Shown here: piece after piece, positions 18,551 to 28,420 of the stretch
How the letters are laid out: each line of letters begins with the position of its first letter
How positions within the stretch are numbered: position 1 is the first letter of the stretch
Source: Alphaproteobacteria bacterium
GTDB lineage: Bacteria > Pseudomonadota > Alphaproteobacteria > SP197
NCBI GenBank assembly: GCA_965228895.1
Contig: OZ245842.1
Coordinates: 1,984,001 to 2,048,000, forward strand
Direction: 5' to 3'
Length of the DNA: 64,000 nucleotides
The notes under the pieces: model-generated
The model's input: only the letters and a program-made list of their open reading frames with translations
Database searches by the model: none
Told to the model about the DNA's origin: nothing
Made by a program: the position numbers and the translations under genes

Positions 18551-18590
18551 ATTGCGTTATCGCGCGGCATCACCATCTAGATCTAGATGG
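18551..18590 (+). promoter_or_regulatory. Candidate RpoH-like promoter and perfect 18-bp palindrome at vWA start
   Basis: ATTGCG-N15-ACCATCT; CCATCTAGATCTAGATGG at 18573-18590 overlaps the ATG; no SD visible. Confidence 0.4.
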
Positions 18591-19318
18591 CGGAACGACG
18601 CGACAAACTGCCGACCGCGACCTCCCCAGGCGAGGTTGACGCGTTCTTGAGCAAGGTGGCAGCGACGCCTCGAAAGGCGCCGTTGGGCGCGCGCGGCCGC
18701 TTGGTGTTCGCCATGGACGCCACGGCCAGCCGGCAGCCGTCCTGGGACCGTGCCTGCCGCTATCAAAGCGAACTCTTCCACGCCGCCGAAGAACTTGGAG
18801 GCCTGGATGTCCAATTGGTCTTCTATCGCGGTTTCATGGAGTGCCGGGCGAGCCCTTGGACGTCCGATGCCGCGACACTGCGCCGCAAGATGACCAGCGT
18901 CAGTTGCCTGGGCGGCATGACCCAGATTGGGCGCGTGCTGACCCATGCCTTGCGCGAAAACGCCAAACAGCCGATCCAGGCACTGGTCTTCGTCGGCGAT
19001 TGCGTCGAAGAACATGTCGACGATCTCTGCAACAAGGCCGGCGAATTGGGTTTAAGAGGCGTGCCTGTCTTCATTTTTCACGAGGGTTCTGAGCCTATTG
19101 CGGAAAACGCATTCCGCCAGATTGCGCGCCTGTCCAAGGGCGCCTATTGCCGGTTGGACGCGACCAGCGGTGAACAACTGCGCGCGTTGCTTTCCGCGAT
19201 CGCCGTCTTTGCGGCCGGTGGGCGACTTGCCCTGGAACAGCATGGCAAGGACAATGTCGAGGCACGCCGGATCGCCGAACAACTGCGCCTGACGCACGAT
19301 AGCGCCGGCAAATCATGA
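18587..19318 (+). CDS. von Willebrand factor A domain protein
   Basis: [18 protein letters not shown]-like DxTx[20 protein letters not shown]. Confidence 0.85.
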   Translation: MAERRDKLPTATSPGEVDAFLSKVAATPRKAPLGARGRLVFAMDATASRQPSWDRACRYQSELFHAAEELGGLDVQLVFYRGFMECRASPWTSDAATLRRKMTSVSCLGGMTQIGRVLTHALRENAKQPIQALVFVGDCVEEHVDDLCNKAGELGLRGVPVFIFHEGSEPIAENAFRQIARLSKGAYCRLDATSGEQLRALLSAIAVFAAGGRLALEQHGKDNVEARRIAEQLRLTHDSAGKS

Positions 19319-20040
19319 CCTGGTTGCTGCTTGGTGGCGGGCTGGTGGTGCTGGCCTGGGCCATTATCGCCTCTGCCCTGAATGCCAAAACATCGACCTT
19401 GATGCGGATCGTCAAGCTGACCATCGGCTTCTTGGTGATGGTGGCCGTCATCGCGCTGTTGATCACCGGACGCATTGGACTTGCCATGTCCCTCGTCCCC
19501 TTGCTCTTGGCTGTCGCCATCCGCTGGCACGGCATGGCGTCGATGTTGCAGAACGCGTTCTCGGGGCTGTCGTCGTTGAACGGTCAGCAAACGCCGGGCA
19601 AGGCGTCCGAGGTCGAGAGCCCTTATCTGCGTATGGTGCTGGACCATGACAGCGGCGACATGGTGGGCGAGGTGCTCCAGGGCGAGTTCGCGGGGCGCCG
19701 CATCGACACGCTGGAGTTGCCGGAACTCTTGGCCCTGTTGCGTGAGCTGCAGGATCAGGACACCGACGGCGCGCGGCTTCTGACCGCGTGGCTCGACCGC
19801 AGCGTTCACGCCGACACATGGCGCGATGCCGCCCAAGGCGGCGGCGATCATGCAGCGTCAACCGGCGGCATGACGCGCGACGAGGCGGCCGAGATCCTGG
19901 GGGTTGCGCCCGATGCCGATACTGAGACCGTGCGCGAGGCCCACCGCAAGCTCATGGCTGCCAACCATCCCGACAAGGGTGGATCGCCGTGGCTGGCGCG
20001 CCAGATCAACCTGGCCCGCGATACGCTGCTTGGGGAATAG
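19315..20040 (+). CDS. Membrane-anchored protein with C-terminal J-domain (DnaJ class C)
   Basis: N-terminal hydrophobic helices, [19 protein letters not shown]...[18 protein letters not shown]; ATGA overlap with vWA. Confidence 0.88.
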   Translation: MTWLLLGGGLVVLAWAIIASALNAKTSTLMRIVKLTIGFLVMVAVIALLITGRIGLAMSLVPLLLAVAIRWHGMASMLQNAFSGLSSLNGQQTPGKASEVESPYLRMVLDHDSGDMVGEVLQGEFAGRRIDTLELPELLALLRELQDQDTDGARLLTAWLDRSVHADTWRDAAQGGGDHAASTGGMTRDEAAEILGVAPDADTETVREAHRKLMAANHPDKGGSPWLARQINLARDTLLGE

Positions 20041-20150
20041 GGCAGGGAACCGGGCGTCCATCCATTTGTCGCGGATATCTCACTGGCATTTCAGGGCCTT
20101 GTGGTGTATCCGCCGTTTCGAGCGTAACACATGCTGTCTGGTGGAGTTCT

Positions 20151-21029
20151 GTGACTGATCATCGTGTGCGCCGTGCCGTCTTCCCCGTGGCGGGCCTTGG
20201 CACCCGTTTCCTTCCCGCCACCAAGGTCATGCCCAAGGAAATGCTGACCGTTGTCGACAAGCCGCTGATCCATCACGCGGTGGAAGAGGCTGCCGCGGCG
20301 GGAATTGAAGAGTTCATCCTGGTCAACGGCCGGGGCAAAGGGGTCCTGGAAGACCATTTCGATCGGGCGTTCGAGCTCGATTGGACGCTGGAGGCACGTG
20401 GCAAGGAAGAAGAGTTGGCACGCTCGCGCAAGCTGGTGCCACCGGCCGGCAATGTCATCTCGGTGCGCCAGCAGGCGCCGCTCGGCTTGGGCCATGCGGT
20501 CTGGTGCGCCCGTCATGCGGTCGGCGACGAGCCTTTTGCCGTCTTTCTGTGTGACGATCTCGTCCTTTCCGATAACCCCTGCATCGGCGAGCTGCTGGAC
20601 GTCCACGCCCAGACCGGCGGCAATGTCGTGGCCGTCGAAGAGGTGCCGCGCGACCAGACCAACCGCTACGGCGTTCTCGACGTCGGCGACGATGACGGAC
20701 GCCTGGTCGAAGTTCGCGGACTGGTCGAGAAACCGGACCCGGCCGATGCGCCGTCGAACCTCTCGATCATCGGGCGTTACATCTTGTTGCCCGAGATCAT
20801 GGACCACCTGGCGACCCAGGAGCCGAAGGCGGGCAACGAAATCCAACTGACCGATGCCATGGCGAAGATGATCGGCAACGCGCCTTTCCACGGCCTACGT
20901 TTCTCCGGGCGCCGCTTCGATTGCGGTTCGAAGCTCGGTTTTCTCCAGGCGAACATCGCCTTCGGATTGGCCGATCCCGACATCGGCCCTGCTTTGAACA
21001 AATTCCTGAACGAAGACAAGACTTCATGA
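20151..21029 (+). CDS. galU: UTP--glucose-1-phosphate uridylyltransferase
   Basis: AVFPVAGLGTRFLPATK..PKEML, RQ..PLGLGHAV, VEKP, EIQLTDA; GTG start after GGAG. Confidence 0.95.
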   Translation: MTDHRVRRAVFPVAGLGTRFLPATKVMPKEMLTVVDKPLIHHAVEEAAAAGIEEFILVNGRGKGVLEDHFDRAFELDWTLEARGKEEELARSRKLVPPAGNVISVRQQAPLGLGHAVWCARHAVGDEPFAVFLCDDLVLSDNPCIGELLDVHAQTGGNVVAVEEVPRDQTNRYGVLDVGDDDGRLVEVRGLVEKPDPADAPSNLSIIGRYILLPEIMDHLATQEPKAGNEIQLTDAMAKMIGNAPFHGLRFSGRRFDCGSKLGFLQANIAFGLADPDIGPALNKFLNEDKTS

Positions 21030-21045
21030 CGCGGGTTGGGGAACC

Positions 21046-22374
21046 ATGAGAATTGCGATGATTGGTACAGGCTATGTCGGCCTGGTCTCGGGCGCGTGTT
21101 TCTCGGAATTCGGCATCGACGTGACGTGCGTCGACAGCGACGCGGAGAAGATCGCGACGCTGATCAAGGGCGGCATCCCGATCTATGAGCCCGGCCTCGA
21201 CGATCTGGTGGCGCGTAACGTCCAGGCCGGTCGTCTGCACTTTTCGACCGATCTTGCCACCGCCGTCGGTGACGCCGATGCGGTCTTTATCGCTGTCGGT
21301 ACGCCGACCCGCCGCGGCGACGGACATGCCGATCTGCAGTATGTGTTCGCGGCGGCCGAACAGATCGCTGACGCGATGACGGGCTATACGGTCGTCGTTA
21401 CCAAGTCGACGGTGCCGGTGGGAACCGGACGGAAGGTTCACGAGATCATTCAGGACCGCCAGCCCGACGCCGACTTTGACGTCGCCTCGAACCCAGAGTT
21501 TCTGCGTGAGGGTTCGGCGATTGAGGATTTCATGCGGCCGGACCGCGTTGTCGTCGGCACCACGTCGGAACGTGCGCGTGAGCTGATGACGGTGCTCTAC
21601 CGCCCGCTCTATCTGCACGAGACACCGATGCTGTTCACCAGCCTGGAGACATCCGAGCTGATCAAGTACGCGACCAACAGTTTTCTGGCGACCAAGATCA
21701 CCTTCATCAACCAGATGGCCGACCTGTGCGAGAAGACCGGTGCCAACGTCAACGACATCGCGCGCGGCATCGGTCTTGATGGCCGGATCGGGCCGAAGTT
21801 TCTGCACCCCGGTCCCGGCTATGGCGGCAGTTGTTTTCCCAAGGACACACTGGCACTGGTCAAGACGGCGCAGCAATACCAGGCGCCGGTCACCATCGTT
21901 GAAGCCGTCGTTGACGCCAACGACCGGCGCAAGCTCGCCATGGCCGACAAAGTCAGCAACGCGGTTGGCGACTTGACCGGCAAATCGATCGCCGTGTTGG
22001 GTCTCACATTCAAACCGAACACCGACGACATGCGGGAATCGCCCAGCCTGGTGATTGTGCCTCGACTCATCGAGGGTGGCGCGACGGTCAGGGTCTATGA
22101 TCCCAAGGGCATGGGCGAAGCCAAGCCGATGCTGCCCGGTGCCCATTTCTGCGACAGCGTCGATGACACGGTGAAGGATGCCGATGCCTTGGTCATCGTG
22201 ACCGAATGGAACGAGTTCCGTTTGCTTGACCTCGGTGGGTTGCGCGAGGCTATGCGCACGCCGCTCGTGATCGACCTGCGCAACATCTATAAGCCGGACG
22301 AAATGCGCGCCGCCGGTTTCCGCTATGTCGGTGTTGGTCTTGGCCACGCTGATGATGCCGCGTCGGTCCACTAG
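21046..22374 (+). CDS. ugd: UDP-glucose 6-dehydrogenase
   Basis: [44 protein letters not shown]. Confidence 0.95.
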   Translation: MRIAMIGTGYVGLVSGACFSEFGIDVTCVDSDAEKIATLIKGGIPIYEPGLDDLVARNVQAGRLHFSTDLATAVGDADAVFIAVGTPTRRGDGHADLQYVFAAAEQIADAMTGYTVVVTKSTVPVGTGRKVHEIIQDRQPDADFDVASNPEFLREGSAIEDFMRPDRVVVGTTSERARELMTVLYRPLYLHETPMLFTSLETSELIKYATNSFLATKITFINQMADLCEKTGANVNDIARGIGLDGRIGPKFLHPGPGYGGSCFPKDTLALVKTAQQYQAPVTIVEAVVDANDRRKLAMADKVSNAVGDLTGKSIAVLGLTFKPNTDDMRESPSLVIVPRLIEGGATVRVYDPKGMGEAKPMLPGAHFCDSVDDTVKDADALVIVTEWNEFRLLDLGGLREAMRTPLVIDLRNIYKPDEMRAAGFRYVGVGLGHADDAASVH

Positions 22375-22385
22375 GGGCCGGTGCC

Positions 22386-23774
22386 GTGGTTCATCCGTCA
22401 ATTCTTCGCGCCTACGACATTCGTGGTGTTGTCGGCGAAACCTTCAATCCCCGTGATGTCGCAGCCCTGGGGCGCGCCTTCGCTGCGATTGTTCGTCGCG
22501 ATGCGCCGAAGTGCGATGGCCGGCCGCTGGTGGTTGTCGGCTATGACGGCCGCTTAAGCTCGCCTGACCTGGAAAGCGCACTGGTCGAAGGTCTGTCGAC
22601 CGGCGGCGCGGATGTGTTGCGTGTTGGGCTGGGGCCGACACCGATGCTGTACTATGCGGTCCACGCGTTCGATGCCCAAGGCGGCATCATGATAACGGGA
22701 TCGCACAACCCGCCTGACTACAACGGCATGAAGCTGATGCTGGGCAAGGGGCCGTTTCACGGCGAACAGATTCAGGAACTCGGACGCATGGCCGGTGACG
22801 CGGCGGAAGTCCCGGCCGACGCGCCGGGCACCGTGAGCGAGCGACCGCTGGGGCGCTCCTATGTCGACCGCCTGGCCCGCGACCTCCTGCCTGACCTGTC
22901 ACTCAAGGTAGCGTGGGATGCCGGTAACGGCGCGGCGGGCGAGATCCTCAGTCAGTTGGTCGACCAGATGCCGGGCGACCACACGGTGCTCCATGCCGAC
23001 ATCGACGGCACGTTTCCCAACCATCATCCCGATCCGACGGTTGTCGAGAACCTCGCTGATCTGAGAGCGGCCGTCGCGGAGGGCAACTGCGATCTCGGCA
23101 TCGCGTTTGACGGCGATGGCGACCGCATCGGTGTGATTGATGGTGAAGGCCATATCCTGTGGGGCGATCAGTTGATGGCGATCTTGTCGGCTGACGTGTT
23201 ACAGCGTCATCCCGGCGCGACGATCATCGCCGATGTCAAAGCCAGCCAGGTCTTGTTCGACGAGATCGCGCGCCTTGGCGGCAAGCCGTTGATGTGGCGC
23301 ACCGGTCATTCACTGATCAAACAGAAGATGAAGGAGGTTGGCAGCCCGCTGGCCGGTGAAATGAGCGGGCACATCTTTTTTGCCGACGGTTACTACGGGT
23401 TCGACGATGCCCTCTATGCTGCGGTGCGCCTCTTGAATGCGATCGCGCGGTCGGGCAAATCGGTGGTTGAACTACGCAAGGCGCTACCGGTCACCGTTAA
23501 CACGCCGGAGATGCGGTTCGATTGCGACGACACCCGCAAATTTGACGTCATCGAGGAAGTCCGAGCACGCCTGAAGTCGCGCAAGGCCGACGTGAACGAC
23601 GTCGACGGTGTCCGGGTCGCGATCGATGGCGGTTGGTGGCTGCTGCGCGCCTCGAACACCCAGCCAGTGCTGGTTGCCCGTTGCGAGGCCGGTGATGACG
23701 AAACGCTTGAGAGGATCAAGGCTGATCTGGTGGCGACCGTATCGCCGAGCGGCGTCAGCCTACCGGAACTCTGA
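22386..23774 (+). CDS. Phosphomannomutase/phosphoglucomutase (AlgC/PgmG type)
   Basis: YDIRG, TGSHNP phosphoserine motif, [26 protein letters not shown]. Confidence 0.93.
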   Translation: MVHPSILRAYDIRGVVGETFNPRDVAALGRAFAAIVRRDAPKCDGRPLVVVGYDGRLSSPDLESALVEGLSTGGADVLRVGLGPTPMLYYAVHAFDAQGGIMITGSHNPPDYNGMKLMLGKGPFHGEQIQELGRMAGDAAEVPADAPGTVSERPLGRSYVDRLARDLLPDLSLKVAWDAGNGAAGEILSQLVDQMPGDHTVLHADIDGTFPNHHPDPTVVENLADLRAAVAEGNCDLGIAFDGDGDRIGVIDGEGHILWGDQLMAILSADVLQRHPGATIIADVKASQVLFDEIARLGGKPLMWRTGHSLIKQKMKEVGSPLAGEMSGHIFFADGYYGFDDALYAAVRLLNAIARSGKSVVELRKALPVTVNTPEMRFDCDDTRKFDVIEEVRARLKSRKADVNDVDGVRVAIDGGWWLLRASNTQPVLVARCEAGDDETLERIKADLVATVSPSGVSLPEL

Positions 23775-23818
23775 CTTGCCGGGCTGTTAGGCATTCCAAC
23801 GTTCCGGTCGAAGTTTGG

Positions 23819-24490
23819 TCAGGAGACGCCAGTCGCCGCCATAACTTCGGAACTGCCGCGCCAGATCATGTCCAGAGAGACATAGAAGATGACGCCAAGC
23901 CCGACATAGGCGATCCAGTGATGGCGCTGCAGCAGTTTGGCGATGTAGTTGGCGGCGACCGCCATCAACGCGATCGACAGGACAAGGCCAAAAATCAGAA
24001 TGTGTTCGTTGTCGTTGGCGGCGCCGGCAACCGCCAGAACGTTGTCCAGCGACATCGAGACGTCGGCGACGATGATCAGGATCAGGGCCTGGCGCAGGGT
24101 CGTCACCGGCCGTGGCGGATGGTCCACGAACCCGCCTTCCTGGCGATGCTGTTCAAGTCGGGTATCGCGGATCTCACGCCACATCTTCCAACACACCCAC
24201 AGCAGCAGAATACCGCCGGCAAGCGTCAGCCCGATGATCTGAAGCAGCTCCAGGGTGATCGTCGCGAATCCGATTCGCAGGACGGTCGCCGCGGCGATGC
24301 CCATGACAATGGCTCGCTTTCGCAACCGGTCCGGCAAGCCTGACACGGCCATACCGATGACAATGGCATTGTCACCGGACAGCACGATGTCGATGATGAT
24401 GATCGACCCCACGGCGGCCAGCGTTGCTGGGTCAAAAAAATCGAACACGGGGGCGGTCACTCCGATCACGGAATCCGATAGATGTGGCAA
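23819..24490 (-). CDS. TerC family (YjbE-like) membrane protein
   Basis: IDIVLSGDNA.VI, IIVADVSMSLDNVLAVAGAA; start uncertain. Confidence 0.88.
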   Translation of the reverse strand: MPHLSDSVIGVTAPVFDFFDPATLAAVGSIIIIDIVLSGDNAIVIGMAVSGLPDRLRKRAIVMGIAAATVLRIGFATITLELLQIIGLTLAGGILLLWVCWKMWREIRDTRLEQHRQEGGFVDHPPRPVTTLRQALILIIVADVSMSLDNVLAVAGAANDNEHILIFGLVLSIALMAVAANYIAKLLQRHHWIAYVGLGVIFYVSLDMIWRGSSEVMAATGVS

Positions 24491-24542
24491 TCAATAAGGA
24501 TTTGCCAAGAGGACGACCCGGATGGGCGCGCAGGATAGTCAA

Positions 24543-25382
24543 ATGAAGGATGATTACCAGTCGGCGGTGGGCCGGCGCCGGACGGTGACCGACCACCTGG
24601 TCCCACGACAGGCAGAGATGCTGGCGGCCACACTGGACCTGGAGCAGGCGCCTGGCCTTGCCGCCGGCGAGCTGCTTCCGGGCTGGCATTGGATCTATTT
24701 CCTGGATGCCCCGGCCAGCGGGTTGGTCGGGGCGGACGGCCGCTCGGTGCCCGGCGGATTCTTGCCGGATACCGGATTGCCGCGCCGCATGTGGGGCGGT
24801 GGCGAGTTGATCTTCCATCGCCCGCTCAAGCTGGGCGACCAGGCGACCAGCGAGGCGTGTCTCGAATCAGTCGAGGAGAAGCACGGCCGCAGTGGCCGGT
24901 TTGTCGTCTTGAAGGTGCACTACGCCCTAGCCGACGGCGACGGCCTGGCGGTCGAGGAACGGCGCGACATCGTGATGCGCGAGGCGGCCAGCCACGGTGA
25001 GATACCGGCCCGGCGTGAACCGCCGGGCGCGGCGGTCTGGCAACGTGACCTGACGCCAAGCCACATGCTGCTGTTCCGGTTCTCGGCACTGACCTTCAAC
25101 AGCCATCGCATTCACTATGACGCCGACTATGTCCGCGACGTCGAAGGCTATCCCGACCTGCTGGTTCACGGGCCTCTGCTGGCCTTGCTCTTGCTCGGTC
25201 ACCTTGCCGATAGCTGTCCCGGCGTCACCATCCGCCGGTTCCGATACCGCGCCGTGGCGCCGCTCTTCGTCGAGTGCCCCTTGACGCTGTGCGGCCGCCC
25301 GACAGGCGAGGGAGAGGCCGAGCTGTGGGTGGCCGGCGAGGACGGCGGTCTTGCCATGCAAGCCGACGCGACATTCGATTGA
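24543..25382 (+). CDS. Double-hotdog (MaoC/FAS1-like) acyl-CoA dehydratase, itaconyl-/mesaconyl-CoA hydratase-like
   Basis: LPRRMWGGG, LFRFSALTFNSHRIHYD..Y...EGYP.L.VHGPL. Confidence 0.85.
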   Translation: MKDDYQSAVGRRRTVTDHLVPRQAEMLAATLDLEQAPGLAAGELLPGWHWIYFLDAPASGLVGADGRSVPGGFLPDTGLPRRMWGGGELIFHRPLKLGDQATSEACLESVEEKHGRSGRFVVLKVHYALADGDGLAVEERRDIVMREAASHGEIPARREPPGAAVWQRDLTPSHMLLFRFSALTFNSHRIHYDADYVRDVEGYPDLLVHGPLLALLLLGHLADSCPGVTIRRFRYRAVAPLFVECPLTLCGRPTGEGEAELWVAGEDGGLAMQADATFD

Positions 25383-25442
25383 GCGCGGCCATTCCAACGG
25401 TTCGGTGCTTGTCTTCGCGCGGCCAGACGATAGGTTGCCGCC

Positions 25443-26906
25443 ATGACCGATGATTTGACACGCTTCAGCGCCGCCGCACTGGTCGACGGCTATCGTGCCA
25501 AGCAGTTCTCGCCCGTCGAAGTCACCGACGCCGTTCTTGCGCGTATGGATGACATCGATGGCAACTTGAATGCGTTCTGCCATCGTGACGATGAAACCGT
25601 ACGCGCGATGGCGCAGGCTTCCGAGGAGCGGTGGAGCAAGGGTGAAGCGCTGGGTGCCGTCGACGGTGTTCCGGTCAGTGTGAAGGACGTGTTGCGCCTG
25701 AAGGGTTGGCCGACCCGAATGGGCTCGAAGACGGTCGATGCGAAGCAGGCATGGGATTCCGATTCTCCGTCCGTCCAGCGCATGCGCGAGGCTGGTGCCG
25801 TGTTCCTGGGCATGACGACGACGCCGGAGATGGGCTGGAAGGGTGTCACCGACTGCCCGCTCTATGGCGTCACCCGCAATCCCTGGAACATCCGGATGAC
25901 GCCAGGCGGTTCCAGTGGCGGCGCGGCGGCGGCGGTCGCCAGCGGTATGGGGCCCTTGGCTTTCGGCACCGACGGCGGTGGCTCGGTGCGGATCCCGGCT
26001 GGCTTTACCGGCATCGTCGGCATGAAGCCGACCTTCGCGCGCGTGCCGATCTGGCCGCCCAGCGCGTTTGGCCTTCTGTCCCATGTCGGTCCGATGGCCC
26101 GCACAGTCGAGGACGCCGCGATCATGCTCAACGTCATCGGTAAACCCGACAGCCGTGATGCCTGGTCGCTCAACGATGACGGAACCGACTATGTCGCTGC
26201 GCTGACCCAAGACTTGACCGGTCTTCGCGTCGCGTGGAGCCCGGATCTCGGATTCATCCGTGTCGATCCGGAGGTCGCGCGACTCACCGATCAGGCCGCC
26301 CGATGTTTCGAGGATCTCGGTGCGAAAGTCGAGACGGTTTCGCCGGGTTTCGACAATCCGGCCGAGAGTTTCCGAACCCTGTGGTATGCGGCGGCGGCCC
26401 AGGTCATCCGTACCGAGAGCCGGGCGCGCCGACGTTTTCTCGACTTCGGCTTGGCGACGATCGCGGAGGAGGGCGCGTCGATCTCTGCCATGGACTGGCT
26501 TGCGGCGGACCGCTCGCGGAACGAGCTTGGCGCGCACATGGCGGCTTTCCATGAACGCTATGATCTATTACTGACGCCGACCCTGCCGCTGCCTGCTTTC
26601 GAGTCCGGGTTGGAGGTGCCGAGCGGCTGGCCGCACGAACGCTGGTTCACCTGGACGCCGTTTACCTATCCCTTCAACATGACCCGCCAGCCGGCGTTGA
26701 CAGTGCCCTGCGGCTTCACCGACGACGGCCTTCCCGTCGGCCTCCAGATCGTCGGGCCGCGCTGCGCCGATGCGTTGGTGATGGCCGCGGGCCATGCCTA
26801 TCAAAAGGCCTGTTCGCTCCTCGATCGATGGCCCCATGCCGGGCGTTCCGAGGCAGCAAAAGAGCCACAGGATGGGGATAACTCTGATGAAATGATAACA
26901 ATGTGA
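25443..26906 (+). CDS. Amidase signature family protein
   Basis: GVPVSVKD, TRNPW, PGGSSGG, GTDGGGSVRIPA Ser-cisSer-Lys motifs. Confidence 0.92.
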   Translation: MTDDLTRFSAAALVDGYRAKQFSPVEVTDAVLARMDDIDGNLNAFCHRDDETVRAMAQASEERWSKGEALGAVDGVPVSVKDVLRLKGWPTRMGSKTVDAKQAWDSDSPSVQRMREAGAVFLGMTTTPEMGWKGVTDCPLYGVTRNPWNIRMTPGGSSGGAAAAVASGMGPLAFGTDGGGSVRIPAGFTGIVGMKPTFARVPIWPPSAFGLLSHVGPMARTVEDAAIMLNVIGKPDSRDAWSLNDDGTDYVAALTQDLTGLRVAWSPDLGFIRVDPEVARLTDQAARCFEDLGAKVETVSPGFDNPAESFRTLWYAAAAQVIRTESRARRRFLDFGLATIAEEGASISAMDWLAADRSRNELGAHMAAFHERYDLLLTPTLPLPAFESGLEVPSGWPHERWFTWTPFTYPFNMTRQPALTVPCGFTDDGLPVGLQIVGPRCADALVMAAGHAYQKACSLLDRWPHAGRSEAAKEPQDGDNSDEMITM

Positions 26907-27034
26907 TGACCGTCACGCCGGATTCGGTGTTTAGAATCAATCGGATTCGATGTTTCGTTAAACAGAAGCGTGGACAGTTCTAGCCAATCTGGGTTACTCT
27001 TAAGCATATCCAATTGGGGCAGATCCGGCTCATC

Positions 27035-28405
27035 ATGGCATTTCAAGGGCAAGTCTCCTTCCTTTATGCAACCCTGAAGCGGCATTGCCGTTTCGCGGTG
27101 TTCGGCGCCGTTGTGCTGGTTATCGCTGTTGCCGCCGCGCAGGCTGCGCATGCCGGCTACACCGCGATCGTGATCGATACGAGCAACGGCAACGTGCTTT
27201 ACGAGCGTGGCGCCGACACCCAGAAATATCCGGCCTCGCTGACCAAGATGATGACGCTCTACATGGTGTTTGACGCCATCGAGCAGGGTGCGATCACCAT
27301 GGAGACCGAGTGGTCGGTGTCGTCGCGCGCCAGCCAGCAGCCGCCATCGAAGCTGGGCCTGCGCAGCGGTGATACGATCACCGTCAGAAACGCCGTGATG
27401 GCGCTGATGACCAAATCGGCGAACGATGTTGCGACCGTCGTGGCCGAAGGCATGTCGGGGACGGAATGGCAGTTCGCCCAGGACATGACGACAAAAGCCA
27501 AGCAGCTCGGCATGACCCGTACACAATTCGGCAATGCGTCGGGCCTGCCGGATGAGTCCATGGTGTCGACGGCGCGCGACATGGCGACCCTGGCGATGCG
27601 TCTGCAGGACGACTTCCCGCAGTACTATGATCTCTTCAGCACCACGAGTTTCACCTATAACGGCCAAAACTATGGCAACCACAACAAGCTGCTCGGCGTG
27701 GTCGAAGGTGTCGATGGCCTGAAGACCGGTTACACGCGGGCCGCCGGCTGGAACTTGGCGGCTTCAGCGATCCGCGATGACCGGCGCATCGTCGCCATCA
27801 TCATGGGTGGCAAGTCGCGGATCTGGCGCGACGAGCGCATGAAACAGTTGATCGGCGAAGGTTACGTGATTGCGGCGCGGTTAGATCTCGAGGTGCCGCT
27901 GCCCGACGGCCATCCGCTGCGCGAACAGCCGATCATGGTAGCCAGTGTTGAATTGCCGCAGGAGGCGGCGGCAACCTTGCCGGCGACGCCGATGGCGGTT
28001 ACCGAGTTCAGCGCCGGTGGCGTTCCTTTCCCCAAGACCCATCCGACCCGTGAGACCATGCTGGCCGGTGCCTTTTCCATCGACAACATCGCGCGCGCTA
28101 TCGATGGTGACAGCCAAACGCCGTTGCTGACGACAGCACAGGGCAGCGCCGAAGAGACACCGTGGGCCATGCAGGTCGGCGCCTACTCGCAGTTCGAGAA
28201 TGCCTATCAGGCTATCGACACCGCGGAGTTCCATCTGCGCGATGTGATGGGCGAGGTGGCGGCTGTCGTGACGTCGTCGGAGACGGAGGCGGGCGAGTTT
28301 TACCGCGCGCGTTTTGTCGGGCTGTCGGAAGACCAGGCGCGAGAAGGCTGTCAGATCCTGATATCGCGCAACCTGCCTTGCGCGGTGGTCCGCTTCGGAC
28401 TCTAA
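27035..28405 (+). CDS. D-alanyl-D-alanine carboxypeptidase (S11) with C-terminal SPOR domain
   Basis: PASLTK (SxxK), SAN, KTGY, W..QVGAY...YRARF.GL SPOR; start uncertain (27014/27035). Confidence 0.9.
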   Translation: MAFQGQVSFLYATLKRHCRFAVFGAVVLVIAVAAAQAAHAGYTAIVIDTSNGNVLYERGADTQKYPASLTKMMTLYMVFDAIEQGAITMETEWSVSSRASQQPPSKLGLRSGDTITVRNAVMALMTKSANDVATVVAEGMSGTEWQFAQDMTTKAKQLGMTRTQFGNASGLPDESMVSTARDMATLAMRLQDDFPQYYDLFSTTSFTYNGQNYGNHNKLLGVVEGVDGLKTGYTRAAGWNLAASAIRDDRRIVAIIMGGKSRIWRDERMKQLIGEGYVIAARLDLEVPLPDGHPLREQPIMVASVELPQEAAATLPATPMAVTEFSAGGVPFPKTHPTRETMLAGAFSIDNIARAIDGDSQTPLLTTAQGSAEETPWAMQVGAYSQFENAYQAIDTAEFHLRDVMGEVAAVVTSSETEAGEFYRARFVGLSEDQAREGCQILISRNLPCAVVRFGL

Positions 28406-28420
28406 CGACCGAGCTAGCCG

